Source: Chthoniobacteraceae bacterium (lineage in GTDB: Bacteria; Verrucomicrobiota; Verrucomicrobiia; Chthoniobacterales; Chthoniobacteraceae). From it: DNA of 64,000 nucleotides. The notes beneath the pieces are model-generated. The model saw nothing but the letters and a program-made list of their open reading frames with translations, had not been told where the DNA came from and ran no database searches. The stretch is taken from positions 1 through 64,000 of the forward strand of contig JBEBGD010000002.1 in NCBI GenBank assembly GCA_040081625.1, given 5' to 3'. Position 1 is the stretch's first letter, and each line of letters starts with the position of its first letter. This document shows, piece after piece, positions 41,789 through 51,642 of this stretch. The position numbers were made by a program, and so were the translations under genes.

Positions 41789-42220
41789 ATGAATGCGGCG
41801 ATGAATCACGAAGCCAACTCGACCTGCGGCAACATTCACGTTCAGCAGATCATCCTTCGTCTCATGGCCTCGGTCACGTTGATCGCGTTGCCTGCGGTGA
41901 TTCTTCCTCGTCTCGCCGTGGAAAAGCTCTCGTGGTTTGTCGGATTAAAGGAGCCGCCACATTCACCACTGCTGATCTACATGATGGCAGGAGCTTCAGC
42001 GGTCTACGTCGCTCAAGGCGTCCTGCTTTGGTTCATCTCCCGCGATGTCGTGCGGTATCGTCAGCTCGTGATGCTCATCGGCTGGATGACCGTGATTCTT
42101 GGACCGGTGTTCGTGTGGATCCATCTCCAGGCTGGAACTCCGCGTTGGTGGATGGTCACAGACAGCTTGAGTTGCTTCGTCGCTGGTCTTGCTCTGCTGT
42201 GGGCTTGTCGATCGCGCTGA
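41789..42220 (+). CDS. hypothetical four-TM membrane protein
   Basis: Four hydrophobic segments. Confidence 0.6.
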   Translation: MNAAMNHEANSTCGNIHVQQIILRLMASVTLIALPAVILPRLAVEKLSWFVGLKEPPHSPLLIYMMAGASAVYVAQGVLLWFISRDVVRYRQLVMLIGWMTVILGPVFVWIHLQAGTPRWWMVTDSLSCFVAGLALLWACRSR

Positions 42221-42335
42221 CTGCAAAATGTGGATCGACCGACGCAACACGAGATCGATCGATCTTTTGGGATTGCTCATTTGCAGTCGGTTCCAGCAAA
42301 ACTCCAATGTCCTCCGACCACCTCAACTCATTCGT

Positions 42336-42545
42336 ATGCACACATACTACGTCCATCGAAACGGTAAAACCACCGGGCCATTCCCAGCGAGCCAACTCGT
42401 GGCACTGCTTCGCACGCACAAAATCAGCGAAGACGATCTGGGAGTAGAATCTGGATGCGAAGACTGGCAACCACTGCGCGAAATCGTCGATCCTGCTTTA
42501 CTCGCACCACGACCACCGACTACCGAACGAGCGCGGCAGAATTAG
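42336..42545 (+). CDS. stand-alone GYF_2 (DUF4339)-like protein
   Basis: YYVHRNGKTTGPF...L...I...G.EDWQPL pattern. Confidence 0.65.
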   Translation: MHTYYVHRNGKTTGPFPASQLVALLRTHKISEDDLGVESGCEDWQPLREIVDPALLAPRPPTTERARQN

Positions 42546-42614
42546 AAGCGCATCGCAGTAGTAGTCGCCCCCAGACACGATGGGACTGCGTGAATCATTC
42601 CTGACCGCAACCGC

Positions 42615-43340
42615 ATGCGTCTGATTTCGTGGAATTGCAAAGGTGCCTTCCATCGGAAGAATCACCTCGTAACCGCACTCAATCCAGATGTGCTGATCGT
42701 TCCAGAGTGCGAGCAGATGGATGCGCTTCCAGCGGAACTTGGGTCACGGTCGGCTTCCTCGTTCCACTGGTTCGGCAGCGATCCGAGAAAGGGCATGGCG
42801 GTCATGTCATTTGGTGATTACGCGCTGGAGCCGTTGCCGATCTCCGATGGCCCGAAGTGGGTGATTCCATTGAAGGTGACTGGACGTGAATCATTCCTCC
42901 TGTTCGCGGTGTGGACGATCCCGGTCATTGAGATCGCTTCTTACGTTTTGCCGCTCTTCCAGGCACATCGACTCTACCGGGAGCACTGGCACGAATCGGA
43001 AGTCGTGTGGGCCGGTGACTTCAACGCCAACGTGCTGTTCGACAGACCGAGTCGGCGCTACAAGTTCAGGGACTTCATCGTCGAACTCGAAGCGGACGGC
43101 ATTCGCAGCCTCTACCACGAGCATTTCAAGAATGATCATGGCGCAGAAGCACGCAAGACCTTCTACCACTACCACCACGAAGAACGCGCTCATCACATCG
43201 ACTACGTCTTCGCCAGCGGCGGAGTTCGACAGCACGGATTCTCACTCACGCTTGGATCTTTCGCCGAGTGGGCTCGCCACAGCGATCATGTGCCAGTGGT
43301 GTGTGACCTTTTCGTGGATCACGCCGCCGTCAGCACATGA
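42615..43340 (+). CDS. endonuclease/exonuclease/phosphatase (EEP) family protein
   Basis: ISWNC, PE, AGDFN, HIDY, SDHVP. Confidence 0.88.
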   Translation: MRLISWNCKGAFHRKNHLVTALNPDVLIVPECEQMDALPAELGSRSASSFHWFGSDPRKGMAVMSFGDYALEPLPISDGPKWVIPLKVTGRESFLLFAVWTIPVIEIASYVLPLFQAHRLYREHWHESEVVWAGDFNANVLFDRPSRRYKFRDFIVELEADGIRSLYHEHFKNDHGAEARKTFYHYHHEERAHHIDYVFASGGVRQHGFSLTLGSFAEWARHSDHVPVVCDLFVDHAAVST

Positions 43341-43386
43341 ATCGTTCGCTCAGCAACGAGATCACGAGTTCGCTCGACATAGGCTT

Positions 43387-43986
43387 TTACTCGCAAGCAG
43401 CACGCAACGATTTAACGGCACCCACGAGAATCACGTCGCTGGCAAAGCCGGGAGCTTCAACGCGAATGACGTGAGAGAAATTGAGGGCTTCTCGCATCTT
43501 CGCCACAACGCGCTGTCGCCATTGGTTCTCGCGCCATTGATGCTGGTAGAGCAGCAGCAAATCTCCTGAAGCAAGATTTTCCCAAATTGCTTGGCATTCG
43601 TCTGCGCGAACATGTTTCTCCGAGGCGCTCTTTGGTGCGAGCCCCGTGTCTGGATCAATGAGAACGAGCTTGCGACCGGTGAGCAATTTCAGCTCTTCGA
43701 GTGCGTCGTCGAAGTAGGAGCGGCGCTTTGCGTGAGTGAACCCCTGCTCGAAGATGTGAAGTTTCGGCGAGCCGAAGAGCCGTTCGACATTTCGTAGCGA
43801 TCGAAAGTGCTTCCAGACCGGATCGACCACAGGAAATCTGTTTCCGTCGATTTCGAACTCATGTGCAGCCGAATGCGTGAGCATCGCAATGTGGAATACC
43901 ACATCGACCTCGTGCTGCTTGCAGAGCTGGAGCACGGCTGACCATTTGAGCAGATCACGTTTGTCGCCATACCAGGACTCTTTCAT
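43387..43986 (-). CDS. hypothetical protein, possibly methyltransferase-like fold
   Basis: WYGDKRDLLKW N-terminus, LVLIDPDTG, LLLYQH. Confidence 0.55.
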   Translation of the reverse strand: MKESWYGDKRDLLKWSAVLQLCKQHEVDVVFHIAMLTHSAAHEFEIDGNRFPVVDPVWKHFRSLRNVERLFGSPKLHIFEQGFTHAKRRSYFDDALEELKLLTGRKLVLIDPDTGLAPKSASEKHVRADECQAIWENLASGDLLLLYQHQWRENQWRQRVVAKMREALNFSHVIRVEAPGFASDVILVGAVKSLRAACE

Positions 43987-44168
43987 CGCGAGGAAGTTCT
44001 CCTTAAACCGTTCTGAAAGTAAAGACTGCGGCAATGCTCGACGACGAACCGCTGAGCAGGTCACGATGCATCTACTTCGCATGAGCGACCTCGGCCTCCA
44101 TCCAGATTTCCAACGGCTGCTGCACGAGGTCCGTTTGGGGCACGCCAATATTTCGTGGGCGGCTGAGA

Positions 44169-44549
44169 TCAACGAGTCTTCTCAGCGGCCAGCGCAAACG
44201 TTCCTGTCCAATCTCGAATTCTACCGACCGCTCGATTCAATCCGATAACAGCATCAGGAAATGAGCCGTGACCTTCTTTGGCTCCAATAAACGGTCGCAC
44301 TTTTTCAACGGCTTCCTGCATGTGCTCAAGATCCAGATTGAGCCGACGCATGATCGCGAGCAGCTCAGTTCGAAGCACCTGACCTTCGGTTTCGAAACAC
44401 GACGGTTTTGACGGAGGTGGGAGACGATCATCCGAGAGCATTTCCAGGACTTCACGAATTCTTTGCAGTGCTTTCCACGCACGAACGCGGCTCTCTTGAG
44501 ATTCCTTGAGAGTTGGACAGACCGCAGATTTTGGGTTCACTGTGTTCAT
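44169..44549 (-). CDS. hypothetical protein
   Basis: Helical ORF with GGGG-type RBS, divergent from the SRAP gene. Confidence 0.45.
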   Translation of the reverse strand: MNTVNPKSAVCPTLKESQESRVRAWKALQRIREVLEMLSDDRLPPPSKPSCFETEGQVLRTELLAIMRRLNLDLEHMQEAVEKVRPFIGAKEGHGSFPDAVIGLNRAVGRIRDWTGTFALAAEKTR

Positions 44550-44640
44550 GTGAACATCCCCTTTTATTGGGGACAATGAATTTCTTGCGTTCGACGGCTG
44601 AGCTTCACTTCCGCATGGTTCGTCTGCATCTTCTCACCCC

Positions 44641-45321
44641 ATGTGCGGTCGATACCGACTTTCGCAGGCTGAACTTTTTGCCGAGATGAACGACGTTCGT
44701 CTGGGCGGCAATCCGTTCCCAAAACGCTACAACATCGCACCGACGCAGAAGGTGCCCGTGGTGCTCGATGAGTCGTCGGACACATTCACAATAGTCCGCT
44801 GGGGATTGATTCCATCGTGGGCCAAGGATGCAAAGATCGCGTCGAGCTTGATCAATGCTCGATCAGAAACCGTGGCAGAAAAACCTGCATTTCGATCCGC
44901 CTACAAGAAGCGACGATGCTTGGTGCCTGCTGATGGATTTTACGAGTGGCAGAAGAGCGGCACGATGAAGATCCCGCAGCACATCTTCATGCGCAGTGGT
45001 GAGCCGTTCGCTTTCGCTGGCCTGTGGGAAATCTGGCGTGATCCAGCGACACCCGATGCTGAGTCCGTTCGTTCATTCACCATCCTCACCACCACACCGA
45101 ATGAAGTGCTGGCACCAATCCATGATCGAATGCCGGTGATCCTGCCACGAGCGAGCTACAAAGCCTGGCTGTCTGCGGATACGTCTGCTGATGATCGCAA
45201 AGCTCTTCTAGCGCCATTTGTGGCTCAAGAAATGACTGCTCAGCCAATCTCAACCCGAGTGAACACACCGCGAAATGATGATACTTCGATCATTGAGCCG
45301 GTGACGACGCTGTTTCCATGA
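44641..45321 (+). CDS. SOS response-associated peptidase (SRAP/YedK)
   Basis: MCGRY, YNIAPTQ, INARSET, RCLVPADGFYEW, HDRMPVIL. Confidence 0.95.
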   Translation: MCGRYRLSQAELFAEMNDVRLGGNPFPKRYNIAPTQKVPVVLDESSDTFTIVRWGLIPSWAKDAKIASSLINARSETVAEKPAFRSAYKKRRCLVPADGFYEWQKSGTMKIPQHIFMRSGEPFAFAGLWEIWRDPATPDAESVRSFTILTTTPNEVLAPIHDRMPVILPRASYKAWLSADTSADDRKALLAPFVAQEMTAQPISTRVNTPRNDDTSIIEPVTTLFP

Positions 45322-45590
45322 TCCGCGTTGAACCAATCTCCGATGACGAATGGCTCGTGACGGTTGAGGCGACCACCACGACAAAGCATCGAGTGCGAGT
45401 CACACCGACTGACCTCCACAAATTCGGTGGTGGTGAAGTGACGGTGGAGCAGTTGTTGGAAGCGAGTTTTCGATTCCTGCTCGAACGTGAATCCAACTGC
45501 TCGATCCTCAGCTCGTTCGATCTGCCCGTAATCAGCACCTACTTCCCTGAATACGAAAAACAGATCTGCGGCTACATCACACGCAGATGA
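45318..45590 (+). CDS. conserved hypothetical protein
   Basis: ATGA-coupled to SRAP; SFRFLLERE...ILSSFDL...YFPEYE. Confidence 0.7.
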   Translation: MIRVEPISDDEWLVTVEATTTTKHRVRVTPTDLHKFGGGEVTVEQLLEASFRFLLERESNCSILSSFDLPVISTYFPEYEKQICGYITRR

Positions 45591-45706
45591 GCGTGAGGAC
45601 ACGGCTGCGATCATGTGCGCTGAAGCGGTGGATGGCGTTGTCACCGCCCATCAATTGCTGAAAATCCTTCATTGGTGATGAGACTCTAATAATGCATTTT
45701 CCACTC

Positions 45707-47767
45707 ATGAGCGCCGACTCCCAAGCGTCACCTCCATCTACTACGACCTACGAGCTTGAGTGGAAATACAATCCCCGACTCGTGACCAATCACCTTGGTC
45801 GCAGCAAGTATTCCTCGACCGTAAAGGCGCTTCGAGAGCTGGTGGCAAATGCCTTTGATGCGCATGCGACGAAAGTAACCGTTCTTCTTCATTCGAGTGA
45901 GCTTGGGGAAGTGCTGAGCATTACCGTGCAGGACAACGGGCATGGCATCTCGCCAGAAATTCTGCGGACACGTTTCATGGAGGTTGCTGTGGAAACCTCA
46001 AATTCAGACCCGAGTCGTCTCGGTCGCTTCGGTGTAGGGCGGCTGGCGGTTCACAGAATAGGTGCGTTCAGCAAATGGACGACTACGTCTGATGGCAGCA
46101 ATGGCGATAAGGTGAGATGCACGTTTACGATCGGCGATAGCCCCTCGGCATTGAAAGTTATTCAGGAGTCCGCTCCCGCAGAGGAAGAGTGCGGCACATT
46201 CATTGAGATCTTCGAAATACGTGATCGAGATCGAGAGAAGCCGACCGCGCCCGGCATATCCAGCGACCTCACTGCGCACTTCTGTGGTTATCTTTTGGGC
46301 AATCCGAGGCAAGAGATCTGGGTCCAAGGCGAGAGAATCGACGTAACACAACGAATCCTCAGCCGGGAGCTGGAGACGATTCCAGCAGAAGGTCGCATCA
46401 AGGAAAACGCCAGGCTCGAACATATTTTGTTCACGAGCCCTCTGGATCAGACCCGCTTCCCCTTTCAAATTATCTTTGCAGGCAAAGGGAGAACTGTTGC
46501 GACTGAAAAGTTGGAAACGCCGCCCACTCCTAACTATCTCGCTCTTGTAGAATGCCCCCACTTAGATTCCCTTGTCACCGCAAACCGTGAGTTGCTCGTA
46601 GAGATGGACGATGAGTTTACACAACTGCGAGATGCTGCACTCGGTCGTATCCAACGATTCGGAGAGCGGTTCAAAAGCGAACGGGTCAAGACATTCATTC
46701 AGCGAGCCCGCCAACAGGAGTATTACCCTTACCGTAGTCCTACCGAAGACCCGCTGACATCGGCGAAACAGGCAATCTACGATGTCGTTTTAGAGAAAGT
46801 CCATGAAACGGCGAATGTGGAAAGCATGACAAAGCGTCAGCAAGAGCTTGTATTCAGACTGCTCCATCGGTCTTTGGAAAACGAAGACGTTTTGGAAGTA
46901 TTGAGTGAAGTGGCCCGGCTTAGCGACGACGATTTTGAGCGTTTTCGCAAACTGCTTGAGCGAACTACACTTGATTCGATTCTGAAGCTTTCGTCCGAGG
47001 TCTCGCACCGGTTGGATTTCTTGGATGTGCTTCATGGATTGATCTATGGGGACACGAAGAAGCACCTTAAAGAACGTTCGCAACTCCACCGAATTCTCGA
47101 ACCCGACTGTTGGCTTTTCGGCGCTCAATTCCATCTAGCGGCAAGCGACCGCAGTTTTAGGGAGGTCATGAGAAAGCATCGCGCAATGGCCGGTTTGCCT
47201 GATGTTGCGGACGACGATTTGGCTCAGCTTGGTGGGATCGACGACATCCCCGACCTGTTCCTCGCCTCGTCACGAGACTATCCATTCGCACCAAAGCATC
47301 GTCACCTTTTAGTTGAGCTGAAGGCACCTAATGTCTCGCTTGGAACTAAAGAATTGAGTCAGATTCGACGCTATGCTGATACAATTCTGAGTTCTCACGA
47401 ATTCGACAAGAGTTCTACTCGGTGGGATCTGTTTCTCATCTCGGGTCGTTGCACAGGTCAGATTGCGCGTGATCGCCAACAAAAGGATAAACCGCATGGC
47501 TGCGTTTGGGAATGGGATGCGATGACTGTATGGGCATTTGAATGGAGCGAGATCATAGCAAAAGCGAAAGAGGAAATGATGCTCGTAAAGGACCATCTGA
47601 AACGCAAATCGGAGGAACTTACCGTCTCGCAGTATCTTTCGGAGAACTTTCCAGACATCCTCGAATCACTTACCAAGAAGTTCTCATCTGGGGCTGATCC
47701 TGCGTCGACTGGTGCGCCACACACCAATGAAGGCGTTGCTGCTCCTAGCAGTGTGACGGCGCAATAA
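45707..47767 (+). CDS. GHKL (MORC/Hsp90-like) ATPase fused to a C-terminal PD-(D/E)XK nuclease-like domain
   Basis: ELVANAFDA, DNGHGI, GRFGVG, GTFIEI; IPDLFL...LVELKAP...QIRRY. Confidence 0.82.
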   Translation: MSADSQASPPSTTTYELEWKYNPRLVTNHLGRSKYSSTVKALRELVANAFDAHATKVTVLLHSSELGEVLSITVQDNGHGISPEILRTRFMEVAVETSNSDPSRLGRFGVGRLAVHRIGAFSKWTTTSDGSNGDKVRCTFTIGDSPSALKVIQESAPAEEECGTFIEIFEIRDRDREKPTAPGISSDLTAHFCGYLLGNPRQEIWVQGERIDVTQRILSRELETIPAEGRIKENARLEHILFTSPLDQTRFPFQIIFAGKGRTVATEKLETPPTPNYLALVECPHLDSLVTANRELLVEMDDEFTQLRDAALGRIQRFGERFKSERVKTFIQRARQQEYYPYRSPTEDPLTSAKQAIYDVVLEKVHETANVESMTKRQQELVFRLLHRSLENEDVLEVLSEVARLSDDDFERFRKLLERTTLDSILKLSSEVSHRLDFLDVLHGLIYGDTKKHLKERSQLHRILEPDCWLFGAQFHLAASDRSFREVMRKHRAMAGLPDVADDDLAQLGGIDDIPDLFLASSRDYPFAPKHRHLLVELKAPNVSLGTKELSQIRRYADTILSSHEFDKSSTRWDLFLISGRCTGQIARDRQQKDKPHGCVWEWDAMTVWAFEWSEIIAKAKEEMMLVKDHLKRKSEELTVSQYLSENFPDILESLTKKFSSGADPASTGAPHTNEGVAAPSSVTAQ

Positions 47768-47776
47768 CCGCAGGTC

Positions 47777-48619
47777 ATGTCTGTATCGGCACGCACCTAT
47801 GAAGATAGCATATGGCATCTCAGCTCACAGCTCGCTCTAGTTCGCTTCTCTCTGCGGCACTTTTCAACGACTCGGCAATCGCGGCGTGATTTCCTGACAG
47901 ATCGGAAGGCCCAAATTCGAAAAGGCTGGGAGCGATACGCTGAAATCGATCCTGAACAGTTTTTGGGAATGGCAGAGAAACTTGTTCCGATCATCGCAGA
48001 AAAGGAATCGACATGGATTCAGAATAATTTGGGCGCAATCATTGAGTTTGGGGAGCATCGGCTGAATGAAATGGAGCTTGTTCTTCGATACGCGTTCTGT
48101 GAGGCCACGATTACCGACGTGATCGGCAACATCCTTTGGGAATATCCCGAATTCATCGACGATCCTCTTCATCAAAGTTTCGATTTCCCAAAGAAGCCTC
48201 GACCAGACGAAGACCAAGAAGATTTCCGCGCAAGGCGCACCGAGAAACTAGTAGATGCCATTGACAAATTACGGTTCCTGCCACCGCTCAAGATAACCAA
48301 CACGCCACCAGCACGTCCAAGGTGTCTTATCCAGTATCTCTCGGAGGGGTTACGGCTAGATTTGCAGCATAAAACGATTCCAAAGATTCTGGAGAAGGTC
48401 CGTGTCGCTCGAAACACAATCGCTCATCGATCGGAGGTTTCCCCGAAGATTCTTACCGATGCGTTCATGAACGACGCTCGATTTGCGCTTTCTGAGTTCC
48501 CAAGGCAACTCATTGCAAAGAGTGCAGAGGAGTATCCTGACGCATCCACAATGGACGAGGGCGACGGAGGTATGGAACGTCCAGGGTATGTGCGCCATTG
48601 GATTCTTAAAGAGCTTTGA
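47777..48619 (+). CDS. HEPN-like protein
   Basis: All-helical, with RNTIAH (R-x4-H) near the C-terminus and an upstream AFCE helix. Confidence 0.55.
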   Translation: MSVSARTYEDSIWHLSSQLALVRFSLRHFSTTRQSRRDFLTDRKAQIRKGWERYAEIDPEQFLGMAEKLVPIIAEKESTWIQNNLGAIIEFGEHRLNEMELVLRYAFCEATITDVIGNILWEYPEFIDDPLHQSFDFPKKPRPDEDQEDFRARRTEKLVDAIDKLRFLPPLKITNTPPARPRCLIQYLSEGLRLDLQHKTIPKILEKVRVARNTIAHRSEVSPKILTDAFMNDARFALSEFPRQLIAKSAEEYPDASTMDEGDGGMERPGYVRHWILKEL

Positions 48620-48649
48620 GCGAAGGGCAAAAGCCGCCTGACACCTACT

Positions 48650-48979
48650 TTGCCGAGCGACCACCACCACAGTGTTTACGTGATACTGCTCGATGAAGCG
48701 GTGGCGCTGCATCCGTCAGTCCTACGTGTGAACCCAAGGCGTGATCCATCGAAGCCTTGTGTTTACGTCGGGATGACTGGTCTGCCAGTTGAACACCGCT
48801 TCGAGAACCACAAGCACGGCTACAAGTCAGCCTGGACGGTAAAGAAGTATGGGGTTCGCCTGCTGCCCGAGCTTTACGAGCACCTGAACCCGATGCCGTT
48901 TGATGCTGCTGCACAGATGGAAAAGGATCTCACTGCCGATTTACGAGCGCAGGGCTACACGGTGACGGGTGGGACGTAA
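48650..48979 (+). CDS. GIY-YIG-like small protein
   Basis: SVYVILL...VYVGMTG...RFENH...QME. Confidence 0.65.
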   Translation: MPSDHHHSVYVILLDEAVALHPSVLRVNPRRDPSKPCVYVGMTGLPVEHRFENHKHGYKSAWTVKKYGVRLLPELYEHLNPMPFDAAAQMEKDLTADLRAQGYTVTGGT

Positions 48980-49003
48980 CGGAGTGGTCGATGGCGAACA
49001 GCG

Positions 49004-49816
49004 TCACTTCGCTCGTTTTCCGCTGCCTTTCGAAATCAGAATGCGCATTTCGTCGCCACTCAGCACTCGCCGCTTTTGCAGCGCAGTTGCGAGTCTCTTG
49101 ACCTGATCCCACCGCTTCTGCAATATTCGTCTAGCTCGTTTGATAAGCACGTTCAGGTAGCGTTCCCCGTCTGAGCGGCCTTTAGGCGCATATCGCTGAG
49201 CCAATGCACGCGCTCGGCTAATGTCGAATTCAGATCGATCCAACATTCGGCGCTCTGGGCAATACATCGTCTCAGCCAAACAGCCTGCAACATCCATCGT
49301 CATCTGGACCTCGGCACGTCTCCTATTCTTGCGGCGAAACAAGGCAGCGATGTCATCTCCACCAAAGGTCACGCCCAAAGCCTGTGTGTGACAAATGAGG
49401 TTTATCTCTCCATGCAGTTCAAAGGCTTTTGGCTCCAAGCTGATCGACAATATCTCGATACCGTGGGCATTTCCTACTATTGCATGTCCTGCCTCATGGT
49501 AGGCAATCATGTCACAATGTTGCTCCAGACCTTTTTCGAGATAGGTCTGCATCCTTCTTCGGTCGGATGCAAAGCGAGCCTTGGGATGAACCACAAATTG
49601 ACGGTGCTCTGACCACTTCCTATGAGCCTGAGAAATGATCGCGTCATAGGAGGAAGCCGTCACTTCACCTAAAACACGGCCATCGGTAATTGAAGCAACG
49701 AAATACGTGCACCGCCTGCTATACGTCCAGGTGGACACGGGACATCTGGCAATCGGCGCATCTGAATACCAGACGATCCCACTTACTTGCAGTTCTTTTG
49801 GGAGCACAGGAAACAT
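49004..49816 (-). CDS. M41-like zinc metallopeptidase-domain protein
   Basis: AYHEAGHA, AGCLAE, D, LA.AL.....LSG; start codon uncertain. Confidence 0.65.
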   Translation of the reverse strand: MFPVLPKELQVSGIVWYSDAPIARCPVSTWTYSRRCTYFVASITDGRVLGEVTASSYDAIISQAHRKWSEHRQFVVHPKARFASDRRRMQTYLEKGLEQHCDMIAYHEAGHAIVGNAHGIEILSISLEPKAFELHGEINLICHTQALGVTFGGDDIAALFRRKNRRRAEVQMTMDVAGCLAETMYCPERRMLDRSEFDISRARALAQRYAPKGRSDGERYLNVLIKRARRILQKRWDQVKRLATALQKRRVLSGDEMRILISKGSGKRAK

Positions 49817-49840
49817 AGCCGTCTGAAGTGACTTTCTGAA

Positions 49841-50344
49841 TTACACCGCCGCCCACACCGGTTCCAGATCCTCATCCTCCATCGCCTGTAGTCGAAGTGA
49901 ATCATCGAGTTCAAAGGCCAGCTTCAGCTTGGCTTTAGACTCTTCGAGATTCCCAAGCTGGCACAAGTAGCTGGCAAGATTGTAGAGGATCACGGCAGAA
50001 GCAGGGTGTCGTTCCAGACCGTTTACCAGAATCAGCCGTGCAGCATCAATTGAATCAGCACGGCGGGTAGCTGAAGCCCAGGACGCCCACCACTGAGGAT
50101 TCTCTGGCTCAGTTGTCGCCAATCTCTTCGCCACAGTCTGCATCAACTCCCACTTTTCTAGAGCGTGGTAGATTTGAAGTCTGAAGACGAGCACCTGCGG
50201 CAGATGTCGATGCTCAGGAATGATTTTCTCCAGCTCCGCATTTGCGTCGAGGTTCATGCCCAGGGCGATGTAGCCGGAGGCAGCTCGCAGGTGAAGTTGA
50301 TCTTCCGGTGTGAAGGTCATCTGGGCCGATGGTGATGGACGCAT
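49841..50344 (-). CDS. TPR-repeat protein (homolog of 38177-38674)
   Basis: AASGYIALGM...AELE, YNLASY...DEDL. Confidence 0.72.
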   Translation of the reverse strand: MRPSPSAQMTFTPEDQLHLRAASGYIALGMNLDANAELEKIIPEHRHLPQVLVFRLQIYHALEKWELMQTVAKRLATTEPENPQWWASWASATRRADSIDAARLILVNGLERHPASAVILYNLASYLCQLGNLEESKAKLKLAFELDDSLRLQAMEDEDLEPVWAAV

Positions 50345-50370
50345 GGACTCAACTCCAGTAGATTTCCACT

Positions 50371-50700
50371 GTGAATCCGCCACCACTTCCTCCAAACCCG
50401 GCTCAGACCGCACGCCCTGGTGATGACGCTGCAATGCGGTTTATTCTTCCAATCGGTCGCTCAACGTGGGCCATTGCTGCGGGCTACCTAGGCTTGTTCT
50501 CGATTCTTGTCCTGCCTGCTCCTATCGCACTCATTGTGTCGATTGTGGCGATCTGGGACATTCGAAGGAGCAAGAAATCGCAAAACCCAAAGTATGGTTT
50601 GGGTCGAGCCATATTTGGTTTGATCATGGGCCTCTTGGGTTGTGGGCTCATTGTTGCCGTTCTTATTGGATCGGTCGTAAGCGCAACACGCTACAAGTAG
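50371..50700 (+). CDS. DUF4190-like membrane protein
   Basis: AIAAGYLGLFS, G.GRAIFGLIMG, two TM regions. Confidence 0.65.
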   Translation: MNPPPLPPNPAQTARPGDDAAMRFILPIGRSTWAIAAGYLGLFSILVLPAPIALIVSIVAIWDIRRSKKSQNPKYGLGRAIFGLIMGLLGCGLIVAVLIGSVVSATRYK

Positions 50701-50727
50701 GACGATAACGCGTGTGTGAGGCTCAAC

Positions 50728-51285
50728 ATGACTCACAAGCAGAAGCTCATCGTAAGATTGAAGGAAGGGAGGCAGCGCGAGTATGAGCTGCACGAGCTTG
50801 TCTGGCTGTGGCGCACTGCTGAGCTTCCTCACGATGCCGCATACCTGGACGCGCAGGGCGAATGGCAGCCGGTGGAGCAGCTCGTAGGGCCGATCATCCA
50901 AGCGCAGGATGAATCACGAGTGTCGAAGGCGAGTGAAGTTCCAAAAGCATCAGCACAACGCGATGGACGACGATGGAAATTCGCTGTCGCTGCGCTGGCC
51001 GCTCTACTTCTCCTCTCTGCTCCCTACGTGCATGAGTCATACACGGAGCGCAAAGCAGCACAGGCCGAAGCAGACCGAGTTGCTGAGTGGGAGAGATCAG
51101 AACGATTCGAGGACTTCATCAGCAACCGTCAGGTGGTCGTCGGCATGAAGGCGGAGCATGTTCTCAGAGCATGGGGACAGCCGACAAAGAAGGACGACAC
51201 CGGCGAGAGAGAGCAATGGATCTACAGCAAGCGCGTCGTCACCTTTGAACGCGGTATCGTCACTCGATTGGACGACGCTCGTTGA
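50728..51285 (+). CDS. hypothetical single-TM protein
   Basis: N-terminal WQP domain, TM, C-terminal GM....V...WG.P...EQWIY (SmpA/BamE-like). Confidence 0.55.
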   Translation: MTHKQKLIVRLKEGRQREYELHELVWLWRTAELPHDAAYLDAQGEWQPVEQLVGPIIQAQDESRVSKASEVPKASAQRDGRRWKFAVAALAALLLLSAPYVHESYTERKAAQAEADRVAEWERSERFEDFISNRQVVVGMKAEHVLRAWGQPTKKDDTGEREQWIYSKRVVTFERGIVTRLDDAR

Positions 51286-51294
51286 GCAACCTCT

Positions 51295-51519
51295 TCACTT
51301 CTTCCCGTCGCCGAACACATCTGAAAGCGAGCACTTGAGCCTCTTGAGAAGTCCATGTAGCCGCTTCAGCGTCATGCTCTGCTGGCAGTTCTCAAACCGG
51401 TGAAGACTCGATGCTCTAAATCCAGTCTTCGCCGAAAATTTGACATACGAAATCCCTCCTCGCTGCTCCTTGAGGAAAGCGGCGAGTTTTCTGTCGAATT
51501 CTGTGGGCACAAAAGGCAC
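51295..51519 (-). CDS. XRE-family HTH regulator
   Basis: LKEQRG.ISY..FS.KTG...SSLHRFEN pattern, 74 aa. Confidence 0.7.
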   Translation of the reverse strand: MPFVPTEFDRKLAAFLKEQRGGISYVKFSAKTGFRASSLHRFENCQQSMTLKRLHGLLKRLKCSLSDVFGDGKK

Positions 51520-51642
51520 CCGATGACGCTGGCGATCTCGTCATCCCTTTTGGGGGATGTTTTTGCTTGCCCGCATTCAAGAAAGGGAATACGCGGTCAC
51601 CCCTGCGGCGAATTAAACCTCCAACGCTGGTAAAGCACTACA

